IMG/VR virus record: IMGVR_UViG_3300046170_000364
Span: 1 to 56,266 of that record
Source of the DNA: a virus
Lineage: Duplodnaviria; Caudoviricetes
Direction: 5' to 3' (one strand)
DNA length: 56,266 nucleotides
The notes under the pieces were generated by a model, which did not search any database, was not told the DNA's origin, and saw nothing but the letters and a program-made list of their open reading frames with translations. Position numbers and translations under genes: made by a program. Below, one piece after another: positions 34,045-43,273 of the stretch. The stretch's first letter is position 1, and every line of letters starts with the position of its first letter.

Positions 34045-34766
34045 GGCGCTAAACGAGCTTTGCCCCAGCGATTTTTTGTGTACCAGTCGTGAACTGGTGG
34101 GATCCACTCTGCGAAATGCGGCATCATCAACTGGCACATCTGATGAATTTCTATCTGCGCATCTGCCTTGCCCCGCAGGTCGAGGAAGTGCATAAGGCTG
34201 CGCAGGTTGAACGTTACGACAAAATGCTGTCGGTAATCAAACGGCAGCACTCCTCTAGCCTGCTCCTCTGATATGCCAGCATCAAGAGCTTCCTTATAAC
34301 GCCGGGCTGAATCCTCGCAGTGCTGCAGATCCTTGGCCCGTAGTCGCTCGTCGTATGTATATCGCTTGCCCTGCCTGTTGATGTAATCACCAACAGGCCG
34401 CAGGTAAAAAGCTTCCTCGACATCGACAACGCCCTCAGCCACAGCAGCGATTCGCTGGCCGGTATAGCGCATGGACTGAACGTCCCAGCTGGTGCCCACC
34501 CTGTGAGTCCGAGCTTGTTGGATTACCGAGTGAGGGAAATAGCCAACAGCAAATGTGATACTGGCGTGTTCCAGTGGGCCGTAATGGCCGCGACCTCCCA
34601 AAAGCAGGTGCTTTACGATTCGATCACCAGCGTCTGGCTCGCTCAGTGGTTCGTCATGGAAGACCCAGCCCTCGCTGTAGTCCTGATGCATCGCCTGCCA
34701 GCAAAGTGTTGCAGGATCCTTGGTCTGACTTAAAACGCCAATCTGGAAATAAGGTTCAATTTGCAT
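34041..34766 (-). CDS. thyX: Flavin-dependent thymidylate synthase
   Basis: GHYGPLEH, QARTHRVGTSWDVQSMRY (RHRxxS...SxRY), EQARGVLP, NLRSLMHFLDLR, AQIEI. Confidence 0.95.
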   Translation of the reverse strand: MQIEPYFQIGVLSQTKDPATLCWQAMHQDYSEGWVFHDEPLSEPDAGDRIVKHLLLGGRGHYGPLEHASITFAVGYFPHSVIQQARTHRVGTSWDVQSMRYTGQRIAAVAEGVVDVEEAFYLRPVGDYINRQGKRYTYDERLRAKDLQHCEDSARRYKEALDAGISEEQARGVLPFDYRQHFVVTFNLRSLMHFLDLRGKADAQIEIHQMCQLMMPHFAEWIPPVHDWYTKNRWGKARLAP

Positions 34767-34923
34767 CGTTCATCTCCTGTAATAATTTTTTCAGTTCTTC
34801 GTCTTCCATTGAATCTACAGCTGACAGGAAGCCAGCTGTTATAGCTTGCACAAGACGTTGAGGGCTAACAATGGCTAGCAGCGCAAACTGCAAGCGAGTG
34901 TAAACGCCAAATTTAATTTTCAT
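34756..34923 (-). CDS. Small hypothetical protein (55 aa)
   Basis: Manual translation MKIKFGVYTRLQFALLAIVSPQRL...; fills the gap in a coupled operon. Confidence 0.55.
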   Translation of the reverse strand: MKIKFGVYTRLQFALLAIVSPQRLVQAITAGFLSAVDSMEDEELKKLLQEMNDAN

Positions 34924-35084
34924 TGGTCATGCATCTCCAGTACATGTTGAATCCCGCGAATGTAGCCGTCCCAGTAACGGGAATCGCCTTGGCGGCGTTG
35001 AAGACTTTTCTCATAGTTGTTGTAGCCGTCAATCAAAAGACCTTTGACTGACTCGATACTGACTTCAAGTTGCTTTTCATTCAT
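34920..35084 (-). CDS. Small hypothetical protein
   Basis: MNEKQLEVS...YWDGYIRGIQHVLEM. Confidence 0.6.
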   Translation of the reverse strand: MNEKQLEVSIESVKGLLIDGYNNYEKSLQRRQGDSRYWDGYIRGIQHVLEMHDQ

Positions 35085-35466
35085 TGGATTCTGATCGAGC
35101 GATTGTTGAAGCTTCGTTTTGGATCTTTTTGAGTGCCGTAGGGCCAAGTTCTTCCAGAAGAATGCGTAGAAAGTGATCCTGATACCGCTGGTCGTAACCT
35201 TTGGGCAAAGGCTTTTTAATACTCTCAATCTTAGTCGCAAACTGCATTGAGATTCTTAGTTTTTTCTTTGCCCGGTACTCCCATTCACTATCCGGGGCGT
35301 GCCCGTACTTCTTCTCGAAAGTTGACACTTCGTCGAGTTGAGTACGGATGTCATCGATGCAACCAATAAGCTCTTCGTAGAACTTGTTTAATTCGCTTGT
35401 TTCTAGGAAAGGAAGCTCGGTAGTTAAGACTGGTCTTGCGAGTGAGTTGCTGTTGTAAATTGCCAT
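35077..35466 (-). CDS. Hypothetical protein
   Basis: 129-aa helical ORF in the leftward operon. Confidence 0.65.
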   Translation of the reverse strand: MAIYNSNSLARPVLTTELPFLETSELNKFYEELIGCIDDIRTQLDEVSTFEKKYGHAPDSEWEYRAKKKLRISMQFATKIESIKKPLPKGYDQRYQDHFLRILLEELGPTALKKIQNEASTIARSESNE

Positions 35467-35495
35467 TTTAAAATAAGGGGCAGAAATACTGCCCC
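35467..35495 (-). terminator. Rho-independent terminator
   Basis: GGGGCAG-5 nt-CTGCCCC hairpin followed by TTATTTT on the minus strand. Confidence 0.65.
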
Positions 35496-35504
35496 GATAA
35501 GGGT

Positions 35505-35873
35505 TTAGAAGAAGTCGTCTACAACGTTGCCGTCAGTGGCCTTGGCCACAGACTGTGCAGCGTCGTTGACAGCGCCTTCAGCGTTTTTCTCGTATTTGTA
35601 GTGAGGCTTGAAGCTTAGGCTGATGTAATTCTTGCCGCTTGCTGATTGCCTCTTCCAACCGCTGATGGCAAGAGGAATTTCATTGCGCTCACCAATAGGC
35701 TTGCCTTGCATGATGTACTCAGCTAGCTGGTAAGCCTGAGAGGCAGAAATGTTCACGACGCCCTCACAGCTTGGATACTGGGTTTGAGGGTTGAACTTGT
35801 CTTTCAACCGAGCTTTAATGTCCTCAGCGGTCTGAGGGAACAAGGCACCGTTTACTGAAAATGAATCGGTCAT
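35505..35873 (-). CDS. Putative single-stranded DNA-binding protein
   Basis: GALF..P..G..LAISGWKRQSASGKNYISLSF; acidic-aromatic C-terminus VVDDFF; in the recombination cluster. Confidence 0.55.
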   Translation of the reverse strand: MTDSFSVNGALFPQTAEDIKARLKDKFNPQTQYPSCEGVVNISASQAYQLAEYIMQGKPIGERNEIPLAISGWKRQSASGKNYISLSFKPHYKYEKNAEGAVNDAAQSVAKATDGNVVDDFF

Positions 35874-36145
35874 GATTTTGCTTTACAGATGATGTAGCAG
35901 CCGTTTTTGGCTGCATCGGACTGAACTGAATACCTGTAGTTGTCAGACTCCTTGGTCATGCGACCAGCAATCTGAGCAATGGTGCTTGCTTTGTAGCCTT
36001 CGTCAAGCTCCTTGCAGTAATAAAGAACGAAAAGACTGGTCTCAGGCGTTAAAGCAGCAATTTGCTCCCGCAATGGAGTGGTTTTACTGTGTCGGCTTGT
36101 GCGTGCTGGAATATCAGCAGCACTGAGAACTTTAATAGAAGACAT
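35870..36145 (-). CDS. Hypothetical protein
   Basis: 91-aa coupled ORF. Confidence 0.6.
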   Translation of the reverse strand: MSSIKVLSAADIPARTSRHSKTTPLREQIAALTPETSLFVLYYCKELDEGYKASTIAQIAGRMTKESDNYRYSVQSDAAKNGCYIICKAKS

Positions 36146-36171
36146 AAAGGTCTTGGCTTGCGAAAAACACT

Positions 36172-36729
36172 TTAACTCAAGCTTGCGATTTTAGCAATAA
36201 GCTGACTGCATTCTTCCTCTGAAAGGTCGTTGGAAGCTCTGAGTTCAAGAATGCGCTGGCGAATCGAATCAAGCTGTGACGGGTCAGCCTCTTCGATCTT
36301 TTTCATTGCAGGCTTGAATACACCTGTAGGGTGCAGCTTCTGCACAATTTTGCGGCGCTTGGGCGGTACCCAGGCACAGCTGATTTCTGCGTCAATCTCA
36401 GGGCTCCCATAGATGCGAATGCAGGGTTCATTTTTGCGAAGCGGGTGAGGCATGACCTGATTGGTCGCGTAAAAAGTGACGCGCTTCCCAGGCCACAAAG
36501 CCACATCGTTACCAAAAAGCTTGATCAATGGAATGGCATTGATTTTGGCCAATGTCAGTTCAGGGTTGATTTCCTGAAACGACATGATCGTCTGCAGCTT
36601 GGGCTCCTGATCGTCGAAGGCCACTTCGGCTGTGCGAACACCCTTTACAGTCAGCGTCATGCGGCCAGAAGCAGGGAACATGAATGCCTTTAGCCAAGGC
36701 TCATTCATTAAGTCACCTACAAATTCCAT
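36172..36729 (-). CDS. Hypothetical protein, possible recombination partner of the exonuclease
   Basis: Coupled to the RecE-like gene; LAKINA..LFG..WPGKRVTFY..CIRI. Confidence 0.55.
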   Translation of the reverse strand: MEFVGDLMNEPWLKAFMFPASGRMTLTVKGVRTAEVAFDDQEPKLQTIMSFQEINPELTLAKINAIPLIKLFGNDVALWPGKRVTFYATNQVMPHPLRKNEPCIRIYGSPEIDAEISCAWVPPKRRKIVQKLHPTGVFKPAMKKIEEADPSQLDSIRQRILELRASNDLSEEECSQLIAKIASLS

Positions 36730-37559
36730 CAGATTCCCTCCAGCAGATCAGAAACGTCAGTGTCATTCGCTGGATCATCAACTTGGAACCAGCGTGGAGC
36801 TTCCATCGTATTAATGCCCCACGATGGCCATTCATTAGTGCCACGGCAAGCTTTGATGCCTGCGATGGCATCGTTACGACGCTGACGACCAACCTCTAGT
36901 AGCTCATCGCTAATGATGTTCACCGAATAGTTGAACGGATAAGCCCACTCGTAAGCCAGCAGCACAATTTGCTTTGGATAAGCACCGTGGCGGTCTCGGA
37001 ACCCCTCAGCATAGTGACTTGCTTGGAGATCGTACCCAAGTGCAAACGACTGCCTAGCAAAATCGCGTGGGTTAGCACTCCGGGCTTTCTTTAGGTCCAC
37101 AAGCAAACCGTCTTCTGGTTGCTCCAGATCAGGCAGATAGCGGCACTCAACATCGTTTTCTGCATCGTGCCAAAAGTGAGGCACCTGCCCTGAGCCTTGC
37201 AGAAACTCAGAAGCAATCGGATCATTCTTTAGTTTGCTGACAATCAGCTGGGCAGTGTGGTGCCATTCCTCAGTGATCAGATCTGCACACTTGGAGCGGG
37301 CAAGTTCTTGAGCCTCTGCCCAGATTTCCTTGCCTGCCCTTGAGCGTCGGTCCACCTTGGGAACGACTACATATTTACGACTGAACTTTTCGGGCTCTGT
37401 GATCAAACAGTCAACCAATGAGCCCTGGCGCATTGCGTCAGAAGGCACCATCGGTATACGGTCTGGATCTTCGTAAGCAGCCCAAAAATCGGCTGCGGTG
37501 CCGCAAGCGTATTTCTTAAGCTTGCTAGCTGATAAGGCGGGATGATCGTGATAATTCAT
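36729..37559 (-). CDS. Exonuclease VIII / RecE-like PD-(D/E)xK nuclease
   Basis: YHDHPALSASKLK, AMRQGSLVDCLITEP, CRYLPD, LVDLKK, YDLQASHY. Confidence 0.85.
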   Translation of the reverse strand: MNYHDHPALSASKLKKYACGTAADFWAAYEDPDRIPMVPSDAMRQGSLVDCLITEPEKFSRKYVVVPKVDRRSRAGKEIWAEAQELARSKCADLITEEWHHTAQLIVSKLKNDPIASEFLQGSGQVPHFWHDAENDVECRYLPDLEQPEDGLLVDLKKARSANPRDFARQSFALGYDLQASHYAEGFRDRHGAYPKQIVLLAYEWAYPFNYSVNIISDELLEVGRQRRNDAIAGIKACRGTNEWPSWGINTMEAPRWFQVDDPANDTDVSDLLEGI

Positions 37560-37750
37560 TGGTTTGGTAATTCAAGTTCCATTTCAATCCAGTAATGGCG
37601 CATTTCGCCATCACCAACCAGTAGACGTGCATCTTCAATCAGATCTTCATCAGTGCCGCCGGGGTAGCCGATCACGCACCAAGTGCCGTCTTCAGCGGAA
37701 GCAGCCAAGGCTCGCACCTTGACCGCTACAGGTACAGCTTCTCTTGTCAT
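37556..37750 (-). CDS. Hypothetical protein
   Basis: 64-aa coupled ORF. Confidence 0.5.
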   Translation of the reverse strand: MTREAVPVAVKVRALAASAEDGTWCVIGYPGGTDEDLIEDARLLVGDGEMRHYWIEMELELPNQ

Positions 37751-37797
37751 TCAAAAACGCAACGATGTTTGCAAGACAAATAATACCACTATTTCGA

Positions 37798-38481
37798 CTA
37801 CTCGGCAATGGAAACGGAAAAGCCCAACGCAGCAGCTTCATGCTCTGTCATCTTCTTCGCCCACATCTTTGGTACGAGGTTATTCCAGGTGAATCCCGCG
37901 TCTTTACAGCGTTGGCGCTGGTCGTACCCCAGATTGCTGACGTAGACGTGCCGGGGCAGCAGGGCGTCCTCAATCAGCTGCTCAAGTTGCGGCTCCCGCT
38001 TCATCACCTCGGCCAGGTAGATGCAGTCGGTCAGCGCACGGTGGGCTTGCCAGACCGGCACCCCGTAATCGATACAAAGGGACACCACAGAGCTGCGACC
38101 CTTCTTGCTGTTCAGTGGCCACTGAATATCGTCCATTGAGCAGATCCACTGCAATGGCATCGATGGCAGTGAGCCCTGCCCCCCAAACCACTGCCGGTCA
38201 AACACCGCATTGTGAGCCACCGCGTAATCAGCCTCAGACACCATGGCCCAAAATGATGCTGCCATCGGGCCTGTCAGGTCCGGCGCTTTCATCGTCAAAG
38301 CAGGCTGAATGCGATTCACAAACTCAGCCTCGTTTGTCAACGAAGGCAGCAAAAACGAAATCTGACAAATGACTGATCGCAAATCAACGTCAAACAGCAC
38401 AGCTCCCAGCTCAATCACCGTGCTGTCGGCTGGAGTCAAGCCAGTCGTTTCCGTATCGATGATCAAAAGCTTCATACTCAT
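37798..38481 (-). CDS. DnaQ-like DEDDh 3'-5' exonuclease
   Basis: IIDTETTGL, VAHNAVFD, AHRALTDC. Confidence 0.9.
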   Translation of the reverse strand: MSMKLLIIDTETTGLTPADSTVIELGAVLFDVDLRSVICQISFLLPSLTNEAEFVNRIQPALTMKAPDLTGPMAASFWAMVSEADYAVAHNAVFDRQWFGGQGSLPSMPLQWICSMDDIQWPLNSKKGRSSVVSLCIDYGVPVWQAHRALTDCIYLAEVMKREPQLEQLIEDALLPRHVYVSNLGYDQRQRCKDAGFTWNNLVPKMWAKKMTEHEAAALGFSVSIAE

Positions 38482-38555
38482 GGGGGTTCAGTCTCCAGTG
38501 ATAAATTTCAAGTAATCGTTTGTCTGATTCTGCAATCAGAAGTTCGGCCTCAGCG

Positions 38556-38768
38556 TTAGTCATTGATAAGGCAAAGAGAGAACAGCGTCTTGGACCTGCC
38601 TTTGAGCTTCTTCAACGCCCCGTGATAGCTCATTGCGTCAATAACCTCAACGTGCTCCAATCCGCTTTTTTCGCGAAAGGTTGCTTCAAACCGCCTCATC
38701 TTGGAAGCTTCTACCCTCCCAGGAGATTCTTCGATACCAGCATCACGCATCATTTTGCTCCAATCCAT
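38556..38768 (-). CDS. Hypothetical protein
   Basis: MDWSKMMRDAGIEESPGR... Confidence 0.5.
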   Translation of the reverse strand: MDWSKMMRDAGIEESPGRVEASKMRRFEATFREKSGLEHVEVIDAMSYHGALKKLKGRSKTLFSLCLIND

Positions 38769-38994
38769 AATCCCTGAGCGTTGCCAACACTGCATCAATC
38801 ATCTTCGAGCTGGCGTGATAATGACCGCCACGACACTTGGCCAAATTGCGATCAATGACAAACTCAGAAGTGAAATACAAATAATTGCACGATCTGCATT
38901 TGATTTGACGGGTAACAGTGCCGCGATGAGATTGCCGGGTCGAGAGAACCTTTTTAGTTCCCCTCCCGGAAGCGCCGCAATTCGGGCAGATCAA
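38743..38994 (-). CDS. NrdR-like zinc-ribbon protein
   Basis: MICPNCG..KVLSTR..TRQIKCRSCNYLYFTSE. Confidence 0.7.
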   Translation of the reverse strand: MICPNCGASGRGTKKVLSTRQSHRGTVTRQIKCRSCNYLYFTSEFVIDRNLAKCRGGHYHASSKMIDAVLATLRDYGLEQNDA

Positions 38995-39167
38995 AAGCTG
39001 CGCTCCTGAAATTTGACAACTGATTCAGGAATCAGTAGCCGATAATTTTGGCAGTTGCGATGGATCCGGGAAGCCTTATGTATTGCCTGTTTCTCAGATC
39101 GAGCCAATACCTCAACATACTGCCGTTCTTGACCGGGGGACTCGCAAGCCACGCAGAAATAAAGCAT
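38991..39167 (-). CDS. Small hypothetical protein (58 aa)
   Basis: Manual translation MLYFCVACESPGQERQYVEVLARSEKQAIHKA...; coupled at both ends. Confidence 0.5.
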   Translation of the reverse strand: MLYFCVACESPGQERQYVEVLARSEKQAIHKASRIHRNCQNYRLLIPESVVKFQERSF

Positions 39168-39421
39168 CAATTGTTCTCCTGTGGGCGCATGTAGCTTTTG
39201 AAGTTATTGACAAAAGCTCTAACTTCATTATTAGCCTCAGCACCGTGACCACGGCATACGAAATCTTCTAAGAAATCCTCAAGCTTTTTTTGATCCTGAT
39301 CCAACTGCCAATCAGCAGCGGCTCGCATGTCGCATTTAAATATGATTGGAACAGAATAGTCGTAGTGACGTATATTTGCAGCAATCTTTTCGATGATCTC
39401 TTCAGTTAGTGGGTGAGTCAT
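39167..39421 (-). CDS. Hypothetical phage protein
   Basis: MTHPLT...DMRAAADWQL...MRPQEN. Confidence 0.65.
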   Translation of the reverse strand: MTHPLTEEIIEKIAANIRHYDYSVPIIFKCDMRAAADWQLDQDQKKLEDFLEDFVCRGHGAEANNEVRAFVNNFKSYMRPQENN

Positions 39422-39528
39422 GAGTTGCTCTTGATAGAAAGCGGGTAGAGTTGATTGATTGCCTCAATACATTCGACGCCGTTTGCGCTTTGGTAGTGCG
39501 CGGGAAAGTTGACAGAATCAGTCATCAT
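39418..39528 (-). pseudogene. Truncated DUF3310-like remnant (36 aa)
   Basis: MMTDSVNFPAHYQSANGVECIEAI resembles the DUF3310 N-terminus (DxVNHPxHY..ECIEAI), then stops. Confidence 0.5.
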
Positions 39529-40274
39529 GAGTCCTCCTGTGTGGTGGTGATGGGGGCTTCCTTGATCAGCCTGAGCAGAGTGTCCCGCTGTCTGCGGCGA
39601 GCGGCTATTTTGGGGTTAAGGGCGTCAGCGAAGCGTGCAGCCCAAGCAACCATGCCAGCAGCACTGGCAGCAGCCCAAGCAGCACTGGCGTCGGCAGCCT
39701 TGGCGTCGGCAGCCTTGGCGTCGGCAGCCTTGGCATCCCTGGCATCCCTGGCAGCACTGGCAGCGTCAACAGCAGCGTCAATAGCAGCCCTGACAGCACC
39801 GACAGCGTCGGCAGCGTCGGTATCTCTAATATCCCAGACAGCAGCGTCGGCAGCCTCAACAGCCTGGGTAGGCCATTCCTTACCCTCCGACAACAAGTCC
39901 ATCCCCGCGATAACAGGGTCGATCGCCGCTTGAACGTCAGCGGGAACCGGCGGCAGTGAACGCAACTCTGCGGCGAGGAATTGCCATCCTACTAGCGTCA
40001 AATTTTTGCTGTTGCATCCAATCGCAGCAGGCAGCGCAGCGAAGAGACTAGGCGCTTCGCTCGGAGGCAGTCCCTCGAAGATCGACTCCGCTACACGGCT
40101 GACCATTCGTGGGATCCCGTATTCCCGCTCGATATATGCGGGGTTATCCACCCCGTTAGCCAGACATCCAATGAAGCAGGTCCTGTAGCTACCTTGCATG
40201 ACGCGATCAGCTATGACGTGAGCTGCAACTTCAGCTTGTAGTTGGTGAAAATTCTTAGTGATCACTAGTTGCAC
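39525..40274 (-). CDS. Hypothetical protein with Ala-rich low-complexity tract
   Basis: 249-aa ORF; CFIGCL, GIP..AESIFEGLP; AADAK x3. Confidence 0.7.
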   Translation of the reverse strand: MQLVITKNFHQLQAEVAAHVIADRVMQGSYRTCFIGCLANGVDNPAYIEREYGIPRMVSRVAESIFEGLPPSEAPSLFAALPAAIGCNSKNLTLVGWQFLAAELRSLPPVPADVQAAIDPVIAGMDLLSEGKEWPTQAVEAADAAVWDIRDTDAADAVGAVRAAIDAAVDAASAARDARDAKAADAKAADAKAADASAAWAAASAAGMVAWAARFADALNPKIAARRRQRDTLLRLIKEAPITTTQEDS

Positions 40275-40699
40275 TCCGGCTCTGAAAGGTCTTCAACCGT
40301 ATCGTCACATTGCCTTTCAAGACTTTTGATCTTGAAACGTTGCGTCTCTATTTCATTGCGAAGACGCTTGATGCTTTCTTCAAACTTTTCCTTTTGCCTG
40401 GCAAAAGAAACCAAGACTTCGGGAGTGCAAATTTCAAACGACTTGTCAAGAACGGCACTATTAGGCGGGACGACAATATACTCAGGGTCACCTGTGCGAC
40501 CCTCTAACTTAACCTTGTCAGCCAACAAGACAGTCATTTCAGGCTCGACTACCCCAGGCCGAGTCCATGAGTCCTCGTAAAAAATCGCATTTTTTTCCAG
40601 CATTAGCGCCAACTGCTTCAGCGAATCGGAGCAGCTGTCGTCGCTAGGAATATGGATAGCGATATGCGTTGCGCCATTTGTTTTAATGAGTGCAAACAT
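40265..40699 (-). CDS. Hypothetical protein
   Basis: 144-aa ORF with C-terminal coiled coil. Confidence 0.65.
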   Translation of the reverse strand: MFALIKTNGATHIAIHIPSDDSCSDSLKQLALMLEKNAIFYEDSWTRPGVVEPEMTVLLADKVKLEGRTGDPEYIVVPPNSAVLDKSFEICTPEVLVSFARQKEKFEESIKRLRNEIETQRFKIKSLERQCDDTVEDLSEPECN

Positions 40700-40721
40700 A
40701 GATTTGTTGATGTGGGCTCCG

Positions 40722-41069
40722 CTAGTCTAGCAGTATGGATTGGGCTTCGTCAACCGATCTCGCAATTCCTGCGATTCCGCCTGCGTTTCGGATGTGCTCG
40801 ATGAATGCCTTCTGCTGTTCAGTCGCCCGCCCCTTGGCAGTTTTGACCTCCACAGCTGCGAAGACCGGCACCTCCTTTCCAACCATCTCTGGCGTAATCG
40901 TCACCTTCCGGTAGCCAATCAGGTCACTACCACCAGGGCTCCCCACACCAAATTGCACATACCTGCCAGTCCTTGGATCTGGCAAGCTCCCGCTGTTATT
41001 CCTCCAAAGCCTCACTGGGCCGCGACTACACGCCAGTCTGATCTCTTGCTGGATTTTGCTTTCGCTCAA
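40722..41069 (-). CDS. VRR-NUC domain nuclease
   Basis: SESKIQQEI, WRNNSG, GGSDLIG, AVEVKTAKGRATEQQKAF. Confidence 0.9.
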   Translation of the reverse strand: MSESKIQQEIRLACSRGPVRLWRNNSGSLPDPRTGRYVQFGVGSPGGSDLIGYRKVTITPEMVGKEVPVFAAVEVKTAKGRATEQQKAFIEHIRNAGGIAGIARSVDEAQSILLD

Positions 41070-41070
41070 A

Positions 41071-42464
41071 TCAGAAATGGCGCGATGCCATTATTTTCTT
41101 CGCCCATGGTACTGGGTATTTGTAACCTCGACTTTTGCCTAGTTCAATCAATTGCTCCAGCGTTTTAGCTCTACCCTGCTCCGCACGTTTAGCAATATGG
41201 GCTTTTTGCTTTTGCAGTCTCTCCAAGGCAGCCGCCTGTCTTGAATCAATCTCACCCAATTCACCATCAACCTCGGCTGGGCCACCACGATTCGGAGCCG
41301 GATACCGATAGCCGCATTCAGGGCAAACCGGCGCTGGAACATGAGCACAGAAACAAGCAGGACACTGCCTGACGGGAGGTGCCTGCTCGCCTCGCCTCTT
41401 CCGTCCCTCCAGGCTCCATTGCCGTTCCATGTCCGGGGGACCGTGCTCGAAAATCGAACCGGCATGATCCAGCACGGTTAAATGCTGCTTGCCACTGTCC
41501 GGCGACGTTCGCAGGCCGCGACCAATCGATTGCAGATAGAAAGTCAAGCTCTTAGTTGGCCGTAGCAAAATAATGCACTCGATCTGCGGCACATCGACAC
41601 CAGCCACCCACAGCTGGGCATTGCAAACAACCTGCAAGCTGCCGTCCCTAAGGCCAGTCAGCGCCGCGACTCTCTCTGATCGCTTGCTCTTGCCTGAAAT
41701 TGCAACAGGCCTTGTAGCCCTGAGCCTGGAACTCAGCAGCAACATGCTCGGCATGGCTGATCGAAGTGCAGAATGCCACTGCTCTCTTGCCGTCACAATG
41801 CTTCTGGTAATGCTTGATCACATCACCCGTGATGGTCGAACGGTCCATCTCACCATCGATGTCCGACTGCCTGTAGTCACCAGGCCTGCATCCTTAGCCC
41901 GGTCAGGTCCGGTCGATGTGGCGCGAAATACTTGATCGGGGCCAAAAGCCCCTCTTGGATTAATGCGTTAGTGCTGCATGTCGGCACGATCTCATCAAAG
42001 ATCTCGCCCAATCCCTTGCCGTCCAATCTGCATGGAGTGCCGGTCAGCCCCAGCAGCGGTGGGTTGCCAATCTTGCCCATCACCTTGAGATAGGTCGTGG
42101 CCACGGCCAGATGGCACTCATCCACAATCACAAGGTCAGGTGGCGGGAACCCATCACGCCTCGCAGCAGTTTGAACGCTCACGACCTGAACCCGGCGGTG
42201 ATACTCCATTGGCTTGCCAGCAGCAATCTCACCAAAAGGGATCTTCACCGAACGCAGCCGGTTAGCCGTGTCATCCAAAATCTCCCTCAGATGAGCAAGG
42301 AACCAGACAGTCTTGCCCTTATCGAGCGCAGACTGGATAATCGCTGCACTGGTATGAGTTTTGCCGAAGCCAGTAGCAGCACACAGAATCGGAGCCCGAT
42401 ACCCAGACCGATACGCAATCCTGATGTCATTTATCGCCTGAACTTGGCGGGGGCGGAGGGTCAT
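41071..42464 (-). CDS. Superfamily 2 DExH helicase with C-terminal zinc finger (frameshifted)
   Basis: LRPRQ, ATGFGKT, IVDECH, GLTGTP, GVDVP, YLQSIGRGLR, CPAC..CPEC. Confidence 0.92.
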
Positions 42465-43219
42465 GCCTCGTCCCTATCAAGTTGCAACAGGCGCAGCGAT
42501 TCAGTGGCAAACTTTCTGACCGACTCCGCTTCGCGAGCAACTTCTTCCAATGTCTCCCTGATACTAGGATTGCCATCCTTGGCCAACTGTCTTTCAGCTG
42601 CCATTACGTCTTGATAAACAATACCTCGCCCGAAGCGAAACTCCTTTGACGCTGCTCTCATTGTTTTCTCTAACGGAATTTGGATTTCTTTCAATGCCGC
42701 TACAATCTTCAGCCGATCTTTGCTGCTTTTGCTTTCACGCTTTACAAGAGCTTTCATGTGATCGTTGAGTTCGCCTGTTGGCGTAACAGGTTGATCATTA
42801 ACAGGTGGCCCCTGTGTGGCCTCAAACTCGCTCTCATTGCTATTTCTGCTGTTTATCTCTTTTGCAATAGTCTTGTTGCCACGCCCGTATTTACTAGCAA
42901 TAGTTTTAATACCCATTCCGGCCTGATAGTCCGCCCACCAATGATCACGTTCAGCTTGATCAGCTTTTTTAGGTTTAGCTGGTGCGCTTTCTGACGGAAC
43001 GGTGTCTATGCTAACTTTAGCATGGACACCGTTTTTGCTTAGTCGGTTTCTAAGCGTCTGCCTATTTACTTTGAAAAGTTTAGCAGCAGCATATTCTGAC
43101 ATTTTGCCTGTCTGCACTGCAGCAATAGCGTTTTCCATTACTTGTTCTATTGATGTTCTACTTGCCAACATTTCAACGAGCTTGCAGTCGTCTCCGCATT
43201 TAGGCTCTTCGCTGTTCAT
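42461..43219 (-). CDS. HTH DNA-binding protein (two HTH-like segments)
   Basis: MSEYAAAKLFKVNRQTLRNRL and MGIKTIASKYGRGNKTI. Confidence 0.7.
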   Translation of the reverse strand: MNSEEPKCGDDCKLVEMLASRTSIEQVMENAIAAVQTGKMSEYAAAKLFKVNRQTLRNRLSKNGVHAKVSIDTVPSESAPAKPKKADQAERDHWWADYQAGMGIKTIASKYGRGNKTIAKEINSRNSNESEFEATQGPPVNDQPVTPTGELNDHMKALVKRESKSSKDRLKIVAALKEIQIPLEKTMRAASKEFRFGRGIVYQDVMAAERQLAKDGNPSIRETLEEVAREAESVRKFATESLRLLQLDRDEA

Positions 43220-43224
43220 GGAAT

Positions 43225-43246
43225 AAAAAACCCGCTTAAAAGCGGG
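43225..43246 (-). terminator. Rho-independent terminator
   Basis: CCCGCT-4 nt-AGCGGG followed by TTTTTT on the minus strand. Confidence 0.65.
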
Positions 43247-43273
43247 GTGATAAAGTTCAATTTAGGAATGAAG

